A stretch of 64,000 nucleotides of DNA from Acidocella sp. (GTDB lineage: Bacteria; Pseudomonadota; Alphaproteobacteria; Acetobacterales; Acetobacteraceae), in the NCBI RefSeq assembly GCF_036489515.1, contig NZ_DASXFO010000067.1, positions 4,251-68,250 of the forward strand, written 5' to 3'. A model generated the notes under the pieces. It was not told the DNA's origin. It saw only the letters and a list, made by a program, of their open reading frames with translations, and made no database searches. The translations under genes and the position numbers were made by a program. Every line of letters begins with the position of its first letter. Within the stretch, counting starts at the first letter, position 1. Shown here in pieces: positions 50,344 to 57,900 of the stretch.

Positions 50344-51735
50344 TCAGATATGCAGCGCCCGCCCGTCCGCCGCCAGAGCGGCTTCCTTCACGGCCTCGCT
50401 CAAAGTCGGATGCGCATGGCAGATGCGCCCCACATCCTCGGCTGAGGCGCCGAACTCGATCGCGGTGGTGAGCTCGGCAATCAGCGTGCCGGCGTCGGGC
50501 CCGAGAATATGCGCGCCGAGCAGCCGGTCCGTGCCTTTCTCGGAGAGAACTTTGACGAAGCCGTCGGTGGCGCCCATGGCGCGGGCGCGGCCGTTGGCGG
50601 TGAAGGGGAACTTGCCGACCACATAGCTCACCCCGGCGGCCTTCAGCTCTTCCTCGGTTTTGCCGACCGCGGCGACTTCCGGCCAGGTGTAAACCACGCT
50701 CGGGATGGCGTCGTAATTCACATGCCCAGCCTGGCCGGCCAGGCGCTCGGCGACTGCCACGCCCTCATCCTCGGCCTTATGTGCCAGCATCGGCCCGGCG
50801 ATCACGTCGCCGATCGCGTACACGCCGGGCACGTTGGTGGCGAAATGCGCGTCGGTCTTCACCCGGCCGCGCTCGTCCGTCTCAACACCCGCCGCCGCAA
50901 GGTTCAGCCCCTCGGTATAGGCATAACGGCCGATCGACAGCAGCACGATGTCCGCCTTAATCTGCTCCGCCTCGCCGCCTTTGGCGGGCTCGACCGAGAG
51001 CGTCACGCCCTTGTCGGACACAGCGGCCGCGGTGACCTTGTGGCCGAGCATGAATTTGAAGCCCTGCTTGGCGAGCACTTTCTGGAACGCGGTCGAAACC
51101 TCGTTGTCCATGCCCGGGGTGATACGGTCCAGGAACTCGATGACCGTGACCTCGGCGCCCAGACGGCGCCAGACGCTGCCCAGCTCCAGGCCGATCACGC
51201 CGCCGCCGATGACGACCATGTGGCCGGGAACCTTGTCCAGCTCCAGCGCGCCGGTCGAGGTGACGATGCGCTTTTCGTCGACTTCCACGCCCTTCAGCGG
51301 CACGGAGTCGCTGCCCGTGGCGATGACGATGGATTTCGCCGCGTAATCCTTGCCTTCGACCGCGATCGTGTTCGGGCCGGTAAAGGCCGCGGCGCCCTTG
51401 ATCCAGGTGATCTTGTTCTTCTTGAACAGGAATTCCACACCCTTGGTATTGGCCGTGACCACCTCGCCCTTGCGGGCCTGCATCCGCGCCAGGTCCAGCT
51501 TGACCTCGCCGATCATGATGCCGTGGTCTTTCATGTCATGCGACATCTGGTGGAAGTTTTCGGAAGATTGCAGCAACGCCTTAGAGGGGATGCAGCCGAT
51601 GTTCAGGCAGGTACCGCCCAAAGTGGCCCGCTTTTCGACGCAGGCGACCTTCAGACCCAGTTGGGCCGCGCGAATGGCGCAGACATAGCCTCCGGGCCCG
51701 GAGCCGATCACGATAACGTCGAAATTCTCAGCCAT
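50344..51735 (-). CDS. lpdA: Dihydrolipoyl dehydrogenase
   Basis: GSGPGGY FAD motif, redox-active CLNIGCIPSK, and C-terminal HAHPTLSE. Confidence 0.95.
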   Translation of the reverse strand: MAENFDVIVIGSGPGGYVCAIRAAQLGLKVACVEKRATLGGTCLNIGCIPSKALLQSSENFHQMSHDMKDHGIMIGEVKLDLARMQARKGEVVTANTKGVEFLFKKNKITWIKGAAAFTGPNTIAVEGKDYAAKSIVIATGSDSVPLKGVEVDEKRIVTSTGALELDKVPGHMVVIGGGVIGLELGSVWRRLGAEVTVIEFLDRITPGMDNEVSTAFQKVLAKQGFKFMLGHKVTAAAVSDKGVTLSVEPAKGGEAEQIKADIVLLSIGRYAYTEGLNLAAAGVETDERGRVKTDAHFATNVPGVYAIGDVIAGPMLAHKAEDEGVAVAERLAGQAGHVNYDAIPSVVYTWPEVAAVGKTEEELKAAGVSYVVGKFPFTANGRARAMGATDGFVKVLSEKGTDRLLGAHILGPDAGTLIAELTTAIEFGASAEDVGRICHAHPTLSEAVKEAALAADGRALHI

Positions 51736-51928
51736 TGCTTTTCCTCACTTCGCAGGTTTGTGAACGCGCGGAGGTCATACCCCCCCTCCCCCTATCAGGC
51801 AATTCAACCCAGCAATCACCTGAAAGCTGGTCAGGTCGTAACGACGATTTAATGCCCTGGCCCTTTCCGCCGCCGATCCGGTTCACAACGTTAATGAATG
51901 AGATTGAAGTTTCCGGGGGGAGAGAACC

Positions 51929-52108
51929 ATGACCTTGATTCTGATCATCGTGCTGCTGGTCCTGATTTTTGGCGGCGGCGGCGGGTATTACGCACACCGC
52001 TCCTACGGCGGTTATGGTTCCGGCGGCTTGCTCGGCGTCATCCTTATCGTGCTGATCGTGGTCTGGCTGTTCGGCGGGTTCGGGGGGCCGGGCTATTATC
52101 ATTATTAA
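51929..52108 (+). CDS. Small Gly/Tyr-rich two-TM membrane protein (59 aa; DUF3309-like), below the ORF-track cutoff
   Basis: MTLILIIVLLVLIFGGGGGYYAHRSYGGYGSGGLLGVILIVLIVVWLFGGFGGPGYYHY. GGGGAGAG SD 5-6 nt upstream of the ATG. Confidence 0.55.
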   Translation: MTLILIIVLLVLIFGGGGGYYAHRSYGGYGSGGLLGVILIVLIVVWLFGGFGGPGYYHY

Positions 52109-52262
52109 AGCGAAGCGGAAGACTACTTTTTGTGAACAAAAAGTAGCAAAAAAACTTTGTTAATGCTGGGTCATGGGCGTTGTCAGTGACAACGCCCATG
52201 ACCCAGCATAGCCAAAAGTTTTTGCGCCGCTTTTTTTAAAAAGCGGCCGCTTTCTTGCCTGA
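52109..52262 (-). repeat. Mosaic repeat, copy 19 (full length, inverted; B is a perfect 22-3-22 palindrome at 52163-52209)
   Basis: ATGCTGGGTCATGGGCGTTGTC-AGT-GACAACGCCCATGACCCAGCAT. Confidence 0.9.
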
Positions 52263-52289
52263 GCGGGTCCGGCATGGCTTATTCCTAAC

Positions 52290-53492
52290 ATGCCCCCCCT
52301 TTCCGCCCGTATCGGCCGAACCCAACTTGCCGCCACCTTCGCCATGGCCGCGCGCGCCCGCGCGCTGCGCGCCGCAGGACAGGACGTCATTTCCCTCTCC
52401 CTCGGCGAGCCGGATTTTCCGACCCCCGACCATGTGATCCACGCCGCCTACGAAGCGGCACGGCGCGGCGAGACCAAATACCCGCCGCTCGCCGGCACCG
52501 AGGCGCTCAAGGCCGCGATCGCGAAAAAATACCTGCGCGACCAGAAGCTCGACGTGCCGGTGCAGAACATCCTGGTCACCAATGGCGGCAAGCAGGCGAT
52601 TTTCAATGTCATCATGGCGGTGATCGACGAGGGCGACGAGGTGATCATCCCCGCCCCCGCCTGGGCCGGCTATGAACAGACCGTGCAATTCGCCGGCGGC
52701 CGCACCGTGTTCATCCCGTGTCCACAGGAGCAGAATTTTGTGCTCCGGCCGGAAGCGCTGGAAGCCGCCATCACCCCGCGCACCCGCCTGCTGCTGCTGA
52801 ATTACCCGAACAACCCTTCCGGCGCCGCCTGCGATGAAGCGGCCCTTTCCGCCATCGCCGAGGTGCTGCGCCGCCATCCGGATATCTGGGTGCTGTCGGA
52901 CGATATTTATGAGCATCTGCTGTTCGACGATTTCCGCTACGCGACGCTGGCGGCGGTGGCGCCGGATCTGGCCGAGCGCATCGTGACCATGACCGGCGTG
53001 TCAAAAACCTATGCCATGACCGGCTGGCGCATCGGCTTCTGCGCCGGCCCGGCGGCGCTGATCAAGGCGATGACCGTGGCGCAGGCGACCGCCACCTCCG
53101 GCGTCTCCTCGGTAGGCCAGGCGGCGGCGCTGGCGGCGCTGGAAGGCAAGCAGGATTATTTGGAGGAACGCCGCGCCGCGTACCAGGCACGGCGCGATCT
53201 GGTTGTGGCGCGGCTGCGCGAGGCGCCGGGCCTGTCCTGTCACACTCCTGACGGCGCGTTCTATGTCTTTCCGGATATTTCCGGCTGCATCGGCAAAACC
53301 ACGCCGGGCGGAACAAAAATCCTCAGCGACGATGATTTCGCCATGGCGCTGCTGAACGAGGCACACGTGGCTGTGGTGCAGGGCTCGGCCTTCGCCATGA
53401 GCCCGCATATCCGCATCTCCACCGCCACCGCCGAGGCGGTGCTGGCCCGCGCCTGCGCGCGAATCGCCGATTTCTGCGCCGGGCTGCGCTGA
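52290..53492 (+). CDS. Aspartate/aromatic-type PLP-dependent aminotransferase (class I)
   Basis: PLP-Lys context GVSKTYAMTGWRIG and NYPNNPSG. Confidence 0.85.
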   Translation: MPPLSARIGRTQLAATFAMAARARALRAAGQDVISLSLGEPDFPTPDHVIHAAYEAARRGETKYPPLAGTEALKAAIAKKYLRDQKLDVPVQNILVTNGGKQAIFNVIMAVIDEGDEVIIPAPAWAGYEQTVQFAGGRTVFIPCPQEQNFVLRPEALEAAITPRTRLLLLNYPNNPSGAACDEAALSAIAEVLRRHPDIWVLSDDIYEHLLFDDFRYATLAAVAPDLAERIVTMTGVSKTYAMTGWRIGFCAGPAALIKAMTVAQATATSGVSSVGQAAALAALEGKQDYLEERRAAYQARRDLVVARLREAPGLSCHTPDGAFYVFPDISGCIGKTTPGGTKILSDDDFAMALLNEAHVAVVQGSAFAMSPHIRISTATAEAVLARACARIADFCAGLR

Positions 53493-53524
53493 ACCTCGCA
53501 TAACTTGCATGACCTCAGTTGATT

Positions 53525-53561
53525 GTTGCGACTGACGGGCCACATGCCCGTCAGTCGCAAC
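53525..53561 (+). promoter_or_regulatory. Perfect 16-bp inverted repeat (5-nt loop) between the aminotransferase gene and ohr
   Basis: GTTGCGACTGACGGGC-CACAT-GCCCGTCAGTCGCAAC. It ends 4 nt before the ohr GGAGG SD, and no T-run follows. Confidence 0.5.
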
Positions 53562-53575
53562 CAACGGAGGAACAG

Positions 53576-53998
53576 ATGAAGCCTTTATATTACGCACACG
53601 GCCACGCCACCGGCGGCCGCACCGGCCAAGGTGCGAGCGATGACGGAAGGTTGTCGGTGCAGCTCAGCACGCCCAAGGAACTGGGCGGCGATGGCGGGCC
53701 GGGCACCAATCCGGAGCAGATGTTCTCCATCGGCTATTCCGCCTGTTTCCTCGGCGCGATGAAATTCGTCGCCGGCAAAGAGAAGGTGCAGCTGCCGCCG
53801 GAAACGAAAGTGTCGGCCGAGATCGGCATCGGCCCACGCGATGACGGCGCCGGATTCGGCATCACCGCGGCGCTGACGATCACCGCACCCGGCGTGGAAA
53901 AAGCCGCTCTCGAAGATCTGGTGCAGAAGGCGCATATCGTCTGCCCCTATTCCAACGCCATCCATAAGACGGTGGACGTGAAGCTCACCGTCGCCTGA
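53576..53998 (+). CDS. ohr: Organic hydroperoxide resistance protein (Ohr/OsmC family)
   Basis: Conserved Cys contexts GYSACFLGA and HIVCPYSNA. GGAGG SD. Confidence 0.85.
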   Translation: MKPLYYAHGHATGGRTGQGASDDGRLSVQLSTPKELGGDGGPGTNPEQMFSIGYSACFLGAMKFVAGKEKVQLPPETKVSAEIGIGPRDDGAGFGITAALTITAPGVEKAALEDLVQKAHIVCPYSNAIHKTVDVKLTVA

Positions 53999-54141
53999 GG
54001 CAAGGAAGGCTTCTTTTTGTGAACAAAAAGAAGCAAAAAAACTTTTTTATGCTGGGCCATGGGCGTTGTCAGCGACAACGCCCATGGCCCAGCGGACCAA
54101 AAATTTTTGCGCCGCTTTTTTTAAAAAGCGGCTACTTCCCT
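53999..54141 (-). repeat. Mosaic repeat, copy 20 (full length, inverted)
   Basis: C-B-A order on the plus strand. It lies between convergent ohr and the LysR gene, and the LysR TAG stop lies in GAAGTAGCC of the left terminus. Confidence 0.9.
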
Positions 54142-55013
54142 GCCATCGCCTCCTCCACAAAACTGGCGAATTGCCTGGCCTTGGCGCTGGCCATGCGGCC
54201 GGTGGGAAACACCACCCACAGGTCGATCGGCGGCAAGGTCCAAGCTTGCAGTAGTTTTCTCACGGCGCCGCTCGCCAGTTCAGGCGCGAACATCCAGTCC
54301 GAGGCGATGGTCAGGCCGATATCGGCCAGCACCGCGGCGCGCAGGCCTTCCGCAGCGCTTGTCCGCACGCGCCCGTGCACCGCAACCGACACCGCCGCGC
54401 CATCGCGCATGAATGACCAGACGCTCGGCATTTGGCTGTAGACCACCGTCTCATGTTCGGCGAGATCCGCCGGGCTGTGCGGTTCTCCAGCCTTTGCGAG
54501 ATAGCCGGGTGTCGCGAACACTGATCGCCCTCCGGTCGCCAGCTTGCGCGCCACCGCCGACGAGTCAGCTAACGCCCCCATGCGCAGCGACAGATCCACC
54601 CCTTCGGCAACCAGGTCGATCACGCGATCGTCGAGGATGATTTCGATGTCGAGCTCGGGATGGGCCTCGAGAAAACGCGGCAAGATCGGCATGATGTGCA
54701 AGCGCGCGAAGGTAGTCGCCGCCGAGACGCGCAGCCGGCCGGTCAGCCCCGCGCCTGCGCCGCGCGCGGCGATTTCGGCTTCATCGGCCTCCTGAATCGC
54801 GGCGCGGGCGCGCTCGTAGAAGCGTAAGCCCGCCTCGGTCGGGCTGAGGCCGTGCGTGGAGCGGATCAGCAGGCTCACCTGCAGCCGGGTCTCCAGTTGA
54901 GCAATTGTTTTGGAGATCGCCGGCTGGCCGACATTCAGCTGGCGCGCGGCTGCGGAAAAAGAGCCGGTTTCCACCACCCGCACGAAGGTCGCCATTGCCT
55001 GATGCCGGTCCAT
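54132..55013 (-). CDS. LysR-family transcriptional regulator (divergent from the peroxiredoxin-like gene)
   Basis: HTH MATFVRVVETGSFSAAARQLNVGQPAISKTIAQLE. ATG at 55013. Confidence 0.85.
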   Translation of the reverse strand: MDRHQAMATFVRVVETGSFSAAARQLNVGQPAISKTIAQLETRLQVSLLIRSTHGLSPTEAGLRFYERARAAIQEADEAEIAARGAGAGLTGRLRVSAATTFARLHIMPILPRFLEAHPELDIEIILDDRVIDLVAEGVDLSLRMGALADSSAVARKLATGGRSVFATPGYLAKAGEPHSPADLAEHETVVYSQMPSVWSFMRDGAAVSVAVHGRVRTSAAEGLRAAVLADIGLTIASDWMFAPELASGAVRKLLQAWTLPPIDLWVVFPTGRMASAKARQFASFVEEAMAGK

Positions 55014-55138
55014 GCCATTCCTTTCAGGAATTGGCATTATCGCCTTGAGCCTTCTGCCATGTCCAGCACCAAAGAGGCATGTTTCTGATCGCGATGCGGA
55101 TTGGCCGTTTCGCCCCCCAAGGCAAAAGGACCCTCCCC

Positions 55139-55810
55139 ATGTCACTCCAGGACAGACTCGACGCCTTCAAGGCCGATTTCGAGGCGGGCAAGCCGCCCTA
55201 CGAAACTCGCCCCGCGGTGATCGAGACCATGCACCGGGCCACCGCTGAACTGATCGCCTCCGGCGCCGCCGGCCGCGCGCTGAAAGCCGGCGACAAGGCA
55301 CCCGCCTTCATCCTTAACGACCCCGAGGGCAACGCCGTCTCCTCAGCCGATTTGTTGGCCAAGGGGCCATTGGTGCTCAGCTTCTATCGGGGCGTGTGGT
55401 GCCCCTATTGCAACATGGACCTGCAGGCGCTGCAGGCGGCGCTGCCCGCAGTGCAAAATCTCGGTGCCAGCCTGGTTGCCATCTCCCCGCAGAACGCGCC
55501 CAACAGCCGCAAATCGGTGCGCCAGAACGGGCTCGGCTTCCCGATCCTCTCGGACCCGCACAACGATGTTGCCGCAGCCTTCGGCCTGCGCTTCGAACTG
55601 CCGGACTATCTGGTCGAGCTGTATAAGGGGTTCAAGAACGACCTGCCGACGTTCAACGGCGATCCGAGTTGGACGCTGCCGATGCCGGCGCGTTTCGTGA
55701 TCGGGCAGGACGGGACCATCCTCTATGCCGAGGTGAACCCGGATTATACGCGCCGCCCCGATCCGGAGGAGATGCTGCCGGTGCTGCGCGGCGCCCTCGT
55801 CAAAGCTTGA
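55139..55810 (+). CDS. AhpC/TSA (redoxin)-family peroxiredoxin-like protein
   Basis: FYRGVWCPYCN CxxC motif. Confidence 0.75.
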   Translation: MSLQDRLDAFKADFEAGKPPYETRPAVIETMHRATAELIASGAAGRALKAGDKAPAFILNDPEGNAVSSADLLAKGPLVLSFYRGVWCPYCNMDLQALQAALPAVQNLGASLVAISPQNAPNSRKSVRQNGLGFPILSDPHNDVAAAFGLRFELPDYLVELYKGFKNDLPTFNGDPSWTLPMPARFVIGQDGTILYAEVNPDYTRRPDPEEMLPVLRGALVKA

Positions 55811-55861
55811 TGCAACCAGAACGTCCCCCGTACCGTACCGGTGCGGGGGGCGGATGTTGCT

Positions 55862-56686
55862 CTAGCCTTGGATGAAAGCCAGCAGGTCGGCGTTGATGGT
55901 GGCCGCCTCGGTCGTCGGCATGCCGTGCGGGAAGCCTTTATAGGTTTTCAGGGTGCCGTTTTTTACCAGTTTCGCCGAGAGTGGCCCGGAATCGGCATAG
56001 GGCACGATCTGGTCGTCATCGCCATGCATCACCAGCACCGGCACCGAGATCTTCTTCAGGTCTTCGGTGAAGTCGGTCTGTGAGAAGGCGACGATGCCGT
56101 CATAATGCGCCTTGGCCCCGCCCATCATGCCTTGGCGCCACCAATTCCAGATCACGCCCGGCGCGGGCTTCGCGCCGGGCCGATTGTAGCCATAGAACGG
56201 TCCGGACGGCACATCGTAATAGAACTGGGCGCGGCTGGCGGCGAGTTGGGCCTGCAGCCCGTCGAATACCTCCTTGGGCAGGCCTCCCGGATTGGCCTCC
56301 GTTTTCACCATCAATGGTGGCACCGCGCTGATGAGCACCGCTTTCGCCGCGCGGCTTTCGCCGTGGCGCGCCAGATAGTGCACCACTTCGCCGCCCCCCG
56401 TGGAGTGGCCGACATGCACCGCGTCCTTCAGATCCAGATGTGCGGTCAGAGCCGCGAGGTCGTCGGCATAATGATCCATGTCATGGCCGCTGCCGGTCTG
56501 CGTGGAGCGGCCATGGCCGCGCCGGTCATGCGCGATCACGCGGAAGCCCTGGGCGAGGAAGAAGAGCATCTGCGTGTCCCAATCGTCCGCCGAGAGCGGC
56601 CAGCCATGGCTGAACACGATGGGCTGCCCCATGCCCCAGTCCTTGTAGAAGATTTCGGTGCCATCCGTGGTGGTGATCGTAGACAT
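55862..56686 (-). CDS. Alpha/beta hydrolase of the non-haem haloperoxidase (chloroperoxidase) type
   Basis: N-terminus [26 protein letters not shown], and nucleophile elbow GHSTGG. Confidence 0.8.
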   Translation of the reverse strand: MSTITTTDGTEIFYKDWGMGQPIVFSHGWPLSADDWDTQMLFFLAQGFRVIAHDRRGHGRSTQTGSGHDMDHYADDLAALTAHLDLKDAVHVGHSTGGGEVVHYLARHGESRAAKAVLISAVPPLMVKTEANPGGLPKEVFDGLQAQLAASRAQFYYDVPSGPFYGYNRPGAKPAPGVIWNWWRQGMMGGAKAHYDGIVAFSQTDFTEDLKKISVPVLVMHGDDDQIVPYADSGPLSAKLVKNGTLKTYKGFPHGMPTTEAATINADLLAFIQG

Positions 56687-57174
56687 GAGCTCGACCCTTT
56701 CCTGTTGGGAAGCTGAACAGCCCTGATGTCGATCGACGTCGATCGCGGCATGGAAAACGTGCGGAACGTCGACCTATAATGCTATGATAAACGAGATATT
56801 GTCAGGCGCCGCAGCGTTACATTCCCATGCAACGCTGTCACGAGCGACCAAAGCTGCGGCAGGATTTTGTGAGGCACAGCAAGTGATCACGAAACACCGG
56901 GATTATCTCAACCTAACGATCTCTCAATGGCAATTCAAGCCGATTCGGTTTATCGCTACGTTAGCTCCTGGAATTGAATTTTCCTTATATAATGCACGAA
57001 ATTAAAAATTCTGTTCCGACCCTGAAGAGTTGCAGCCTGCTCTCGTTTATACGGCAATGATCTCAATTATCGATTTGTTTTTTCTTTAAGATTTTATCGG
57101 TCAAACTGAAATCTAATTGAGCCGCAATACCGTCAACTTCGGACACGACCATAAAACCAAAAAGGGACACAACC

Positions 57175-57711
57175 ATGAGCAAGACGACATCCGCAGGCAA
57201 AACGCACACGCGGGAATATCTTGGTACACCAACTGATTTAACAGCGGAGGCCACGAAAGATATTTCCGCTGCCTTGAGTGGATTGCTGGCCGACGCTTTT
57301 GCCCTTTACATGAAGACGAAAAATTTCCACTGGCATATGAGTGGCCGCCACTTTAGAGACTACCATCTGCTGCTCGACGAGCACGCGACGCAAATTTTTG
57401 CCATGACGGACCCGATTGCCGAACGGGCGCGCAAAATTGGCGGCACGACACTGCGCTCCATTGGCCAGATTTCCAAGCAGCAACGTATCCTCGACAACGA
57501 CGCGGACTATGTCGAACCGCAGGACATGCTGGCCGAATTACGCGATGACAACAAGCAGCTGACGTCAAGCTTGCGGCAGGTCCATAATGTCTGCGACGAA
57601 TATGGCGACGTCGCCACCGCGAGCCTGCTTGAAACCTGGATCGATGAAACCGAGCGGCGCACCTGGTTCCTCTTCGAAGCAACCCGCGACACTTTTGGCC
57701 ATAACGAATAG
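57175..57711 (+). CDS. dps: Dps-family DNA-protection/ferritin-like protein
   Basis: Ferroxidase-site context KNFHWHMSGRHFRDYHLLLDEH. Confidence 0.9.
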   Translation: MSKTTSAGKTHTREYLGTPTDLTAEATKDISAALSGLLADAFALYMKTKNFHWHMSGRHFRDYHLLLDEHATQIFAMTDPIAERARKIGGTTLRSIGQISKQQRILDNDADYVEPQDMLAELRDDNKQLTSSLRQVHNVCDEYGDVATASLLETWIDETERRTWFLFEATRDTFGHNE

Positions 57712-57737
57712 GCCGCTCTAGACCGGCTTATCGGGTA

Positions 57738-57897
57738 TAAGAAAGCAGCCGCTTTTTAAAAAAAGCGGCGCAAAAATTTTTGGTCCTCTGGGCCATGGGC
57801 GTTGGGCGTTGTCACCGACAACGCCCATGGCCCAGATTATAGAAGTTTTTTTGCTACTTTTTGTTCACAAAAAATAGTCTTCCCTTGCACTTACCTC
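57738..57897 (+). repeat. Mosaic repeat, copy 21 (full length; 7-nt tandem duplication GGGCGTT in the left arm of B)
   Basis: A-B-C architecture. It lies between convergent dps and the PQQ-propeller gene. Confidence 0.9.
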
Positions 57898-57900
57898 GGG

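Noticed and set aside
54019-54441. ORFs that begin inside repeat copies and yield recurring peptides (MLGHGRC.RQRPWP..., ..FTKRSLPL.., ..KKRLL..). Examples are 54019-54441, 15760-16065, 17460-17687 and 27031-27291, and the N-terminal extensions of the ORFs at 251, 4491, 27251 and 34877.
   Set aside because: They read through palindromes whose arms co-vary to keep base pairing, so the peptides are not conserved as proteins. They occur on both strands and have no SD. The downstream genes have better internal starts.
56784-57005. A 73-aa ORF in the A/T-rich region upstream of dps.
   Set aside because: It has no SD, its composition is atypical for this genome's coding regions, and I recognise no motifs in it. 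The region is more likely regulatory.
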